DNA of 25,975 bases from positions 1-25,975 of the IMG/VR virus record IMGVR_UViG_3300037851_000039, one strand, 5' to 3'. Within the stretch, counting starts at the first letter, position 1, and each line of letters begins with the position of its first letter. Positions 7,422-15,199 of the stretch are shown piece after piece. Both the position numbers and the translations under genes were made by a program. The notes under the pieces are model-generated. The model saw only the letters and a list, made by a program, of their open reading frames with translations. It was not told the origin of the DNA and did no database searches. Origin of the DNA: a virus (taxonomy: Duplodnaviria; Caudoviricetes).

Positions 7422-8535
7422 ATCCTATAACGCCTTCAAGAAAGGATATAGGATAATCGTCAATCAAGGAGGAACCCGCTCAGGGAAGACCTACGGCATA
7501 GTAAAACTACTCATAGGGCTAGCTTATAAGCAGAAATACAGTATTTCCATGACCTCCCTATCATTCCCCCACCTCAGAAAGGGGGCTTTAAGGGACTGGA
7601 GGACAATAATGGAGCTTTACGATCTGTATCAGATTCCAGAACACGTCAGAACGGAGAATACATACTACTACCCCACAGGCTCATACATGGAGTTTTTCAG
7701 CGTGGATGACCATTTGAAGGTTAGAGGCCCGGGCAGGGACATACTTTTCGTCAATGAAGCTAACCTAATAGACCTAGACACCTTTACACAGTTGCTTTTG
7801 CGCACAAAAAGGGCTGCTTTCATAGATTACAACCCAGCCGATGAGTTTCATTGGATATACGATAAGGTTCTAACCCGTCCGGACTGCTATTTTATCAAAT
7901 CAACGTACAAAGACAATCCATTTTTACCCGATGAGCAAGTTAAAGAAATCGAGAACCTCCGAAACATGGACGAGAACTTTTGGAGGATTTATGGCGAAGG
8001 TGAGAGGGGTCATAGTGAGGGCGTTATTTATACCCATTGGGATACTTTTAACCAGCCTATTACTGGTAGTGTTTTCTATGGCCTGGATTTTGGGTACTCT
8101 AATCCTACGGCCCTTGTTAGAATTACGGAGAAAGACAAGGAGATATATGCGGAGGAACTCTTATACCAGTCGCAACTCACAAACCCGGAATTAATAGGTA
8201 TTCTTAAACAAGTCCTACCACCACATTCGGTATTGTACTGTGATTCAGCAGAACCCGCACGAATTGAGGAACTAAGGAAGGCGGGAATTAACGCCAAACA
8301 GGCAGACAAGGACATCAAAGCGGGTATATTGTTTCTAAAGTCCCATAAACTGCATATTCACTTTCAGTCTGTAAACCTTTTAAAAGAGATCAAAAGCTAT
8401 AAATTTGTCGGTAAGGAAACCAAAGACCTGGTACCGCTAAAGGCTAACGATCACCTTTGCGATGCACTCAGATACGGGGTAACAGGACTAAGGAAACCAC
8501 CACAGACATACCATGCGCCCCTGTATATCCGATGA
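7360..8535 (+). CDS. terL: terminase large subunit (PBSX/SPP1-like); start uncertain
   Basis: Walker A GGTRSGKT, Walker B ILFVNEA, DYNP, STYKDNPFL, nuclease motifs GLDFG, CDSAEP, DHLCDALRY. Confidence 0.95.
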   Translation: MEVSESPGKTLILDKVKVQIESYNAFKKGYRIIVNQGGTRSGKTYGIVKLLIGLAYKQKYSISMTSLSFPHLRKGALRDWRTIMELYDLYQIPEHVRTENTYYYPTGSYMEFFSVDDHLKVRGPGRDILFVNEANLIDLDTFTQLLLRTKRAAFIDYNPADEFHWIYDKVLTRPDCYFIKSTYKDNPFLPDEQVKEIENLRNMDENFWRIYGEGERGHSEGVIYTHWDTFNQPITGSVFYGLDFGYSNPTALVRITEKDKEIYAEELLYQSQLTNPELIGILKQVLPPHSVLYCDSAEPARIEELRKAGINAKQADKDIKAGILFLKSHKLHIHFQSVNLLKEIKSYKFVGKETKDLVPLKANDHLCDALRYGVTGLRKPPQTYHAPLYIR

Positions 8536-8801
8536 AGTATCCTATACCGAGGTCTAAAGAAATACCGGACGCTCTAAGTGATGAGCAAATGGACAGACAC
8601 CTCAGAAGGCTGGAGGCATGGGCAGCTGGACAATACATATGGCATCTTACACGAAGACTACAATACCATCAAATATACTTAGACTGGTATCAATCCACAC
8701 AGTTTAAAGGTAGGTTTAAGGCTAACGAGACAATATATCACGAGAGGTGTAAAGTAATCTTACTAAAGCAGATTTATGGTAGAAGCAAAAGTAAACGGTA
8801 A
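8532..8801 (+). CDS. hypothetical protein
   Basis: ATG 8532 overlapping terL stop, 89 aa. Confidence 0.55.
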   Translation: MKYPIPRSKEIPDALSDEQMDRHLRRLEAWAAGQYIWHLTRRLQYHQIYLDWYQSTQFKGRFKANETIYHERCKVILLKQIYGRSKSKR

Positions 8802-9432
8802 TCCCGTACAGATTCCCTCAAGCTGGGATGAGGTTACATTCGGTCAGTTTCTTAAACTGGTTGACGCAAAGGACTATACACAGATCCTATCCGCTGTCTT
8901 GGATATGCCACCTGAAATTATAGCAAAGGCTGATTTTGTGGGATTGAGGCACGTTTACCGGGCTTTGAAATTTGTACAGACTCAAGCACCTGTAGAGCAA
9001 TATCCCAAGAAGATAGGGAAGTATGAGATACCTAAAGACATATCCTTTCAGTCTGTGGGTCAGTTTGAAGCCCTTAGGAATGAGATTATCAAGGCTCAGG
9101 GCATGGATTTACACGGACAGACCAAAGCCCTAGCCGTTTATGCGGCTATCTACTGTCAGCCTCAGAACGGGGATGAATTTGACATTGAAAAAAGTTATTG
9201 GCTATCTGAATCGTTTATGAGTTACCCATGCACGGAGGTCATGAGTGCGGGAAGTTTTTTTCGGGACAATTTATTGAGCATAACAAGCGGATTACCGCTG
9301 ACTTACCTCCGCAAGAACTTACCCAGGAGGAAATCGACGCCGGGGTGGCAGACATTTCTAAGGCGTTCGGGTTTTACGCGACTATGGACAATATTGCGCG
9401 TTATGTGGGAGCGGATGACACAGAGGTTTTAA
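8776..9432 (+). CDS. putative tail assembly chaperone (zero-frame product)
   Basis: IPSSWDEVTFGQF N-terminus; T-TTT-TTT heptamer at 9255-9261 with an open -1 frame. Confidence 0.6.
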   Translation: MVEAKVNGNPVQIPSSWDEVTFGQFLKLVDAKDYTQILSAVLDMPPEIIAKADFVGLRHVYRALKFVQTQAPVEQYPKKIGKYEIPKDISFQSVGQFEALRNEIIKAQGMDLHGQTKALAVYAAIYCQPQNGDEFDIEKSYWLSESFMSYPCTEVMSAGSFFRDNLLSITSGLPLTYLRKNLPRRKSTPGWQTFLRRSGFTRLWTILRVMWERMTQRF

Positions 9433-9533
9433 AATGGTCTGTAAACCGTTTCTATACGAAAGTGAAGTATCTGGCTTGGAGGGCACACGCTCAAAAGCGA
9501 CTATCTGAGATTTTGAAAGACAAACAGAAATAG
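9261..9533 (+). CDS. -1 frameshift extension of the chaperone (gpGT-like)
   Basis: -1 frame open from slip site to TAG 9533; protein-like FGFYATMDNIA...EVLKWSVNRFYTKVKYL; fills the gap to the next gene. Confidence 0.6.
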   Translation, partial: SGQFIEHNKRITADLPPQELTQEEIDAGVADISKAFGFYATMDNIARYVGADDTEVLKWSVNRFYTKVKYLAWRAHAQKRLSEILKDKQK

Positions 9534-9547
9534 GGACTTTTGTAACA

Positions 9548-10030
9548 ATGACACATGAGTCCATTGTATTGCTTTTTAAGGACGTGGCTAAATCTTTAGC
9601 CGATAACGTCAAGTTTGGCTACGGAGCCTTTGAAGACTTCAATTCAATCCGGTCTAAATCGTATCCTTACGTGTGGGTGTATCCCCTAAAAGGCTCGTTT
9701 CCTGTGGGTGAGGCCAAACTGCAATCTTTGGTAGAATGGGAGGTAGAGATAGCTTTTTTAGACGCTGATAACCCCAGGGGGGCAGAAAAGGACACGGCAG
9801 ACACATGGGACAAGTCATTTGACTTGATGGAAAGGTTTGTCCACAAGCTGGATGAATTTCTTTTAAACCCTGACGATATTAACGAGATACAGACGGACAG
9901 GATCAGCGTAACAAGAACAAGGTTTGAGGCCGGGAGGAAGGCAACGGGAGACGCTTTAAGCGGGTGGAACCTTGAGTTGGATATTACTACTACGTCAGAC
10001 TTTGAATATTGCTCTATTTATGACGATTGA
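9548..10030 (+). CDS. putative tail terminator/completion protein
   Basis: 160 aa, acidic, YPYVWV and terminal SGWNLELDI strands, tail module context. Confidence 0.5.
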   Translation: MTHESIVLLFKDVAKSLADNVKFGYGAFEDFNSIRSKSYPYVWVYPLKGSFPVGEAKLQSLVEWEVEIAFLDADNPRGAEKDTADTWDKSFDLMERFVHKLDEFLLNPDDINEIQTDRISVTRTRFEAGRKATGDALSGWNLELDITTTSDFEYCSIYDD

Positions 10031-10451
10031 GGAACTACTAGACCGGGCTGGGGCTGATTACGTTAAACAGATCAGGGATAACCTAGCCTCAACGGGAACG
10101 GATGCAACGGGGGAGACTTCGCGGTCTGTTGGTTACAGGGTAGTCCAATCTGGCAACAGGATCAGGTTAGAGGTTTATGGAAGCCGTCCATATTTCCCCA
10201 CAGTAGAAACAGGCAGTAAGCCTTCAACTAAAAACCCATCCCCTGAGATGGTTAGAAAGATTAGCAAGTGGAAAGAGATCAGGGGCATACTCAGAAACCC
10301 ATTCGCTATTTCTAAGGGTATTCTAAAGTTTGGCTCCAGGCTGTGGCAGAAGGGTGGGAGGAAGGATATTTACACTAACGTCAGGGAGAGGGCATTTGCT
10401 GAACTTCCTGACAGGCTGGCGAAAGTTACGAAAGAAACGATAAAGGTGTGA
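10020..10451 (+). CDS. putative neck/tail-completion protein (HK97 gp10-like)
   Basis: ATG 10020; ATGETSRSV, Y..VETGSKP, basic composition. Confidence 0.55.
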   Translation: MTIEELLDRAGADYVKQIRDNLASTGTDATGETSRSVGYRVVQSGNRIRLEVYGSRPYFPTVETGSKPSTKNPSPEMVRKISKWKEIRGILRNPFAISKGILKFGSRLWQKGGRKDIYTNVRERAFAELPDRLAKVTKETIKV

Positions 10452-10561
10452 CTACGGTAGTGATCGAGCATGAGAATTATTATGAGATTACTAACAGTGA
10501 TTGCCCGGTAGTATATTACGTTTTGAAGTGTGGTTTTAAGATAGAAACAAACTTAAACTGA
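10448..10561 (+). CDS. 37-aa hypothetical protein
   Basis: GTGA overlap; exactly fills the gap to the next micro-ORF. Confidence 0.4.
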   Translation: MTTVVIEHENYYEITNSDCPVVYYVLKCGFKIETNLN

Positions 10562-10562
10562 T

Positions 10563-10649
10563 ATGGTAGAATTTTTGATTTTCATTGTCTTCGGGGCGTT
10601 CGTAGTGTTCGCCGTTGTTAAGGCTACTCAGTGGTTAGATAAGAAGTAA
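10563..10649 (+). CDS. 28-aa single-pass membrane peptide
   Basis: MVEFLIFIVFGAFVVFAVVKATQWLDKK; TAATG coupling to next gene. Confidence 0.55.
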   Translation: MVEFLIFIVFGAFVVFAVVKATQWLDKK

Positions 10650-12391
10650 TGGCTATCACGGTAGTAAAATATCCGCAAGGGTATATAACCAGTCAAACCG
10701 CAGAACAGGCATTAGTAACTGATTCTTCAGGCGATGCCTTATTTAATGATACTGGTCACGGACTAATTGATGGGGATTACATTTACATAGCTAGCAATAG
10801 TTCATATAATGGCTATTGGTACGTAAATCAGATAAGCGCATCAACGTTTAAGATCAGACCCTACGCCGCCGCCGCCGATGTTGAATATGTGGGTAAGGAT
10901 GTTGATGTTTCCTATTACGAGGCCTCAGCCGTGCATGGGTGGAACTGTGCGCATCTTCCTATCGTGTATAAACTCAAATCTGATTCCTGGCCTATTAACG
11001 GAGTGGATACCAGTAGAACCGTTACTACCTTTACAAATTGGAACGGCTACACCTATCTTGTATTGGATGGTGATTTGAAATCAAGCGGGACAGCCTCAAC
11101 ACTTGAAAACGTAGTTATTTCTGGCGTCACGGGTGTTGGTGGTGCTGATATCGAAGGTGTTTACAGGATCATTCAATGGTTTTCTGATACCAACATAGTC
11201 ATTGACTTGGCTTATGATGCCGGTAACGTATTGTCAGGAGGTACGTGCCAGTATTATTATTTACACTACCATGCTAAAGTAAAGATTTACGCGGGTCTTG
11301 ATTCGGGTCATTCATGGGCATTTTTGAAGCCATACCGAGAGATTGCAGAGGTAAAGGTAACTTTTGATTCCAATGGTGAGGCTGATTTGAATGTATCTAA
11401 ATATGTAAAATCAGAAATAGAGACATTTTCCAATAATCTGAATCTGGACTCATTACCTAATAATCTGGATGCCTGGTGTCGGGTTAAGATATCAGTAGCC
11501 GAAAGTTACGATGATTCAGATGGTTACACGATAGAAGAATATACTGGGTCTTATACTGAAGATACAACTGAGATATACGCCGTAAATGCTATCAACCCGT
11601 TTAAAACCAGGGAGATGGGCAGTTTAAGCGGGTACGTTCCCACTAACGGTAACCAGTTCTTTTTGACTCCTTTTACACAGCCAAGCCTTTTCCCTGATTG
11701 GTATTTTGATCTTTCGTTTATCAAGAATACAAGTTCATCAGGAGATTACTTAAAGATTGACCGCTATTCAAAGGCTGAAGGTAATTATACTTTGGTTTCA
11801 TCGGCTCTTTCAACTGTAACCGACTACGATCAGGGGGTATATCGCTGGCAGATAGCGCAATCCGGCAGTGAGGATAGGATAGACGTTACCTATTACAATT
11901 CAGGTGGTACGCAGTTATCTGATACAATAACCATAGACGTAGATAACACCTGCTCACCTTATGACACTTCTGGTATTTATCTGACGTGGCTGAATTACTT
12001 GGGGGGTTATGACTATTGGTTTTTTAAGGCTCAGACTGAGTATTCTATTGACGTAATTGAAAGCAAGACACAGGATATAAACATATATAATAACTGGCCT
12101 AATTCATGGGGTGAGTTTGCTGATTCCGTCACAAAGCAGTCTGTGAGAAGGAGCAAGAATGCAATAAAGCTAAATTCACAGTTCCTTACTAAGGATCAGG
12201 TTGATGCCCTGGCCTGGATTGTTTCCTCTCCATTGGTTCAGGTTATGAGTGTGGTACATACCAATATATACACTGTTAGGACTGTAATTGTAGATACCTC
12301 AACTTTCAGAAAATACCAAGACAGACAGAATCTATATTCAGTAAGTTTTAACATTATGTACACCGATGAGCTTCCAGCGCAGACAATCTGA
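10649..12391 (+). CDS. virion structural protein (tail tip/baseplate-like)
   Basis: 580 aa beta-rich; C-terminal YLTWLNYLGGYDYWFF and SSPLV motifs of the kind seen in Bacteroidota phage tail proteins. Confidence 0.65.
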   Translation: MAITVVKYPQGYITSQTAEQALVTDSSGDALFNDTGHGLIDGDYIYIASNSSYNGYWYVNQISASTFKIRPYAAAADVEYVGKDVDVSYYEASAVHGWNCAHLPIVYKLKSDSWPINGVDTSRTVTTFTNWNGYTYLVLDGDLKSSGTASTLENVVISGVTGVGGADIEGVYRIIQWFSDTNIVIDLAYDAGNVLSGGTCQYYYLHYHAKVKIYAGLDSGHSWAFLKPYREIAEVKVTFDSNGEADLNVSKYVKSEIETFSNNLNLDSLPNNLDAWCRVKISVAESYDDSDGYTIEEYTGSYTEDTTEIYAVNAINPFKTREMGSLSGYVPTNGNQFFLTPFTQPSLFPDWYFDLSFIKNTSSSGDYLKIDRYSKAEGNYTLVSSALSTVTDYDQGVYRWQIAQSGSEDRIDVTYYNSGGTQLSDTITIDVDNTCSPYDTSGIYLTWLNYLGGYDYWFFKAQTEYSIDVIESKTQDINIYNNWPNSWGEFADSVTKQSVRRSKNAIKLNSQFLTKDQVDALAWIVSSPLVQVMSVVHTNIYTVRTVIVDTSTFRKYQDRQNLYSVSFNIMYTDELPAQTI

Positions 12392-12536
12392 TATTGATGG
12401 GAGACCGTATGTGTACTTTCTAAGACGTGCTTTTTATGTTGTTTCAGCCCCGGTAGTTGTGGCGTGTTGGATTCTTGATACCGGCTTTTGGGCTGATAGT
12501 TGTAATTGGGACGATGGCGAAATTTGGATAGATTAG
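12366..12536 (+). CDS. 56-aa Trp/Asp-rich protein, possibly fibre-associated
   Basis: Hand translation ends WILDTGFWADSCNWDDGEIWID; stop 1 nt before fibre ATG. Confidence 0.55.
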   Translation: MSFQRRQSDIDGRPYVYFLRRAFYVVSAPVVVACWILDTGFWADSCNWDDGEIWID

Positions 12537-12537
12537 T

Positions 12538-13974
12538 ATGGCACAGCAAACGATAAATAACGGGGATGCTGGCTTAGATGCCAGAACCAAGATAAATACA
12601 AACTTCCTCGAGTTATATACGGGTAAAATTGGCACGGCAACAGCCGGGACTAATATTACGTGGACTGTAAACTCTAACGGTATTAGTATTAATAATCCGG
12701 CATGGTTGACAACGGCGAGGGCTAGCAATGACGCTATCGGGTTAAATACCGCTCAGACTAACGTTACATGGACTATAAATAGTTCTGGTTTATCACTCAA
12801 TGCGGGCGGATACGCTGGAACGGGGACGAGTGCGACTAACGCAAGCATCACGCTAAATAGTAATGGGTTGGCGATATCAGTGGCTGCCCCTGGTGGGGGT
12901 GGTCTGACAAACATAAATGTAAGTGCTGGCACTACTTCCAATCTTTTAAGCGCAATAACATTTAGCAACCTAAACGGAATTTCATTTGGTCTCAATGCTT
13001 CAACGGTTACAGCTTCACACAACGGGCTTACCACAGCAAGAGCCAGTAATGACGGTATAGGACTTAACACGGCCCAAACTAATGTAACGTGGACGGTTAA
13101 TAGTTCGGGAATTTCTTTTAACGCTGGCGGGTATGCTGGTACTGGTACAACATTTAACGGGGCTAATATTTCCGGGTCAATAACTCAAAATTCAAACGGG
13201 ATTAACCTTTCGATGAGTGTTGCGGCTCCTGGTGGCGGGGGAGCGATAAACGTAAGTGCCGGAACTACGTCTAACAATTTACAGACAGTTGTATTCTCAA
13301 ATTCGAACGGTGTAAGTTTTGGTCTTAATGGGTCAACTGTTACGGCTAGCGTTTCCGGTGGTGGTAAGACTTATACAGGATTTGAGCCTTTCCCGGGGGC
13401 CATTTCGGTAGCTGGTCAGTATGGGGCTGGTACTCTTTATATTGTCCCATTTGCCGCCCCCGCATTTCAGGCCGATCGTGTTTGTGTCCCTATTCACATT
13501 TCAAATGCGTCAAACTCATCAAACTCGGCAACGATATCAATGAGTATCGGGATATACACGAGAACAGGGAACTCACTTTCACTTTATACCTCACAGAGTG
13601 CATCATACAATTTTACGGCTTCAGGTACGGTAGGTAGTTACTCACAATTTGCCGGGATAAGGTTAGTAACATTCCCGATAACAAATACCTACGAGGCAAA
13701 TAACTATTACTTTGGGCTGTGGTCGCGGACGGCAACGGGAGGAGGTGCCGGGATGACTTTTAGTAATCTTTTGGTTTCTAATCTTAACTCGTCTTACTCG
13801 GGTCTTTTAGGTGTTGGGACTAACAATAGTATGGTATATATGGTGGGTAAGGGTATTTCCTCTGTATCGTTTACAACGGCTATGCCCAATGAGGTTCCAT
13901 TGGTTAATATTATTGGTAACAGCTCCTTATTCCAAAGGCCGCCGATGTTTTATTTTGCAAGTTCAACGCTATGA
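12538..13974 (+). CDS. tail fibre/adhesin-like protein with internal duplication
   Basis: MAQQTIN.GD....RTKINTNF.ELY fibre attachment motif; G/S/T/N-rich shaft; distinct aromatic-rich C-terminal domain. Confidence 0.75.
   Translation: MAQQTINNGDAGLDARTKINTNFLELYTGKIGTATAGTNITWTVNSNGISINNPAWLTTARASNDAIGLNTAQTNVTWTINSSGLSLNAGGYAGTGTSATNASITLNSNGLAISVAAPGGGGLTNINVSAGTTSNLLSAITFSNLNGISFGLNASTVTASHNGLTTARASNDGIGLNTAQTNVTWTVNSSGISFNAGGYAGTGTTFNGANISGSITQNSNGINLSMSVAAPGGGGAINVSAGTTSNNLQTVVFSNSNGVSFGLNGSTVTASVSGGGKTYTGFEPFPGAISVAGQYGAGTLYIVPFAAPAFQADRVCVPIHISNASNSSNSATISMSIGIYTRTGNSLSLYTSQSASYNFTASGTVGSYSQFAGIRLVTFPITNTYEANNYYFGLWSRTATGGGAGMTFSNLLVSNLNSSYSGLLGVGTNNSMVYMVGKGISSVSFTTAMPNEVPLVNIIGNSSLFQRPPMFYFASSTL
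12706..13350 (+). repeat. two ~105-110 aa tandem protein repeats in the fibre
   Basis: LTTARASND.IGLNTAQTNVTWT.NSSG...STVTAS at 12706-13017 and 13027-13350, diverged at many synonymous sites. Confidence 0.9.
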
Positions 13975-14684
13975 TTGTAGGATTAGACGGAGGTATTCAC
14001 AATTCAGATTTAGATAAGTCCGGCCAAAGAATAATCGAAGGCGGGACGTGGAAACGGCAACGGGTGGTAATGCTTATCCCGGCGGGGAAGTCTATCCCGA
14101 CAAAGGTATATTTATCCCATTGCTCCCTGATATTCCCGCCTAATAACGGTTGCTATCGCATGGCCGCTATCGGTATGGAGGTAGGCGAAGCCTTCAGTCA
14201 GGCCATAAGTGAAATACTTGCGCATCCTGAGCTTTCGCAATGGGAATATATCTTAACCATCGAACACGATAACATTCCTCCGGCTGATGGGATTATAAGG
14301 CTGATTAAATCAATGGAAGCACACCCGGAATACTCTTGTATCGGTGGGCTTTATTGGACGAAGGGTGAGGAGGGGTGCCCCCAGATTTGGGGTGATCCTA
14401 AAGATGCGGTAATGAACTTCAGGCCACAGCCTCCAGACCCTAACGGGGGATTGGTTGAATGTTGTGGTACGGGTATGGGTTTTAACCTGTGGAGGATGGA
14501 GATGTTCAAGGATGAGAAGTTAAGAAAGCCCTGGTTTAAAACTTTGACGGGCATCGAGGGTCAGGGGGTAGGGACACAAGACCTATATTTTTGGGGTGAC
14601 GCAAGAAAGCACGGATACAGGTGTGCTATCGACTGCTCGGTGAAGGTGGGCCATTATGACGACAAAAACGATATAACATGGTAA
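13971..14684 (+). CDS. GT-A fold glycosyltransferase (GT2-like)
   Basis: VVMLIP, YILTIEHD (DxD variant), IGGLY, GTGMGFNL, PWF, QDLYF...ARKHGY...D.SVKVGH. Confidence 0.75.
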   Translation: MIVGLDGGIHNSDLDKSGQRIIEGGTWKRQRVVMLIPAGKSIPTKVYLSHCSLIFPPNNGCYRMAAIGMEVGEAFSQAISEILAHPELSQWEYILTIEHDNIPPADGIIRLIKSMEAHPEYSCIGGLYWTKGEEGCPQIWGDPKDAVMNFRPQPPDPNGGLVECCGTGMGFNLWRMEMFKDEKLRKPWFKTLTGIEGQGVGTQDLYFWGDARKHGYRCAIDCSVKVGHYDDKNDITW

Positions 14685-15199
14685 AAATTGACATTGCCTG
14701 TGGACAGAACAAACAAAAAGACCATATCGGGGTAGATATCGCCGGAGACGCTGATATTATCCACGACCTTTTTACTTTCCCATATCCGTTCGAGGACAAC
14801 TACGCGGATGAAATATTCTGCTCTCACTTCATTGAGCATATCCCCATGCAGTACGTAAACGGGAAAGATATGCTATTCTGTTTTATTGACGAGGTTTATA
14901 GGATACTGAAAAAGGGAGGTAAGGCTACGCTGATCTTTCCCAATGCCTTGTCTATACGGGCATTTCAAGACCCGACACACAGGAGATTTATACCGGCAAG
15001 TACCATATACTATTTCTCTAGAGAATGGAGGAAGATTAACAAGCTAGATCATTACAAGGTGGATTGTGATTTTGATTTCCAAGTAGGTGAGGCTGTGAAT
15101 GGTAATTGGGTTACCAGGTCACAGGAGTCGAAGCAGTTTGCCGTTCAGCATTACTGGAATGTTGTGGATGACCTTTATTTTGTGCTTACTAAGAAATGA
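14678..15199 (+). CDS. class I SAM-dependent methyltransferase (Methyltransf_11-like)
   Basis: KIDIACG motif I, IGVDI, SHFIEH, EVYRILKKGG, DPTH. Confidence 0.85.
   Translation: MVKIDIACGQNKQKDHIGVDIAGDADIIHDLFTFPYPFEDNYADEIFCSHFIEHIPMQYVNGKDMLFCFIDEVYRILKKGGKATLIFPNALSIRAFQDPTHRRFIPASTIYYFSREWRKINKLDHYKVDCDFDFQVGEAVNGNWVTRSQESKQFAVQHYWNVVDDLYFVLTKK

Noticed and set aside
12706-13350. Fibre repeats as a DGR template/variable pair
   Set aside because: Both copies are in frame in one gene and differ at synonymous sites of all bases, not only adenines
12538-13974. N-X-S/T count as proof of N-glycosylation
   Set aside because: The protein is so rich in N, S and T that a similar count may arise by chance; needs a shuffle test
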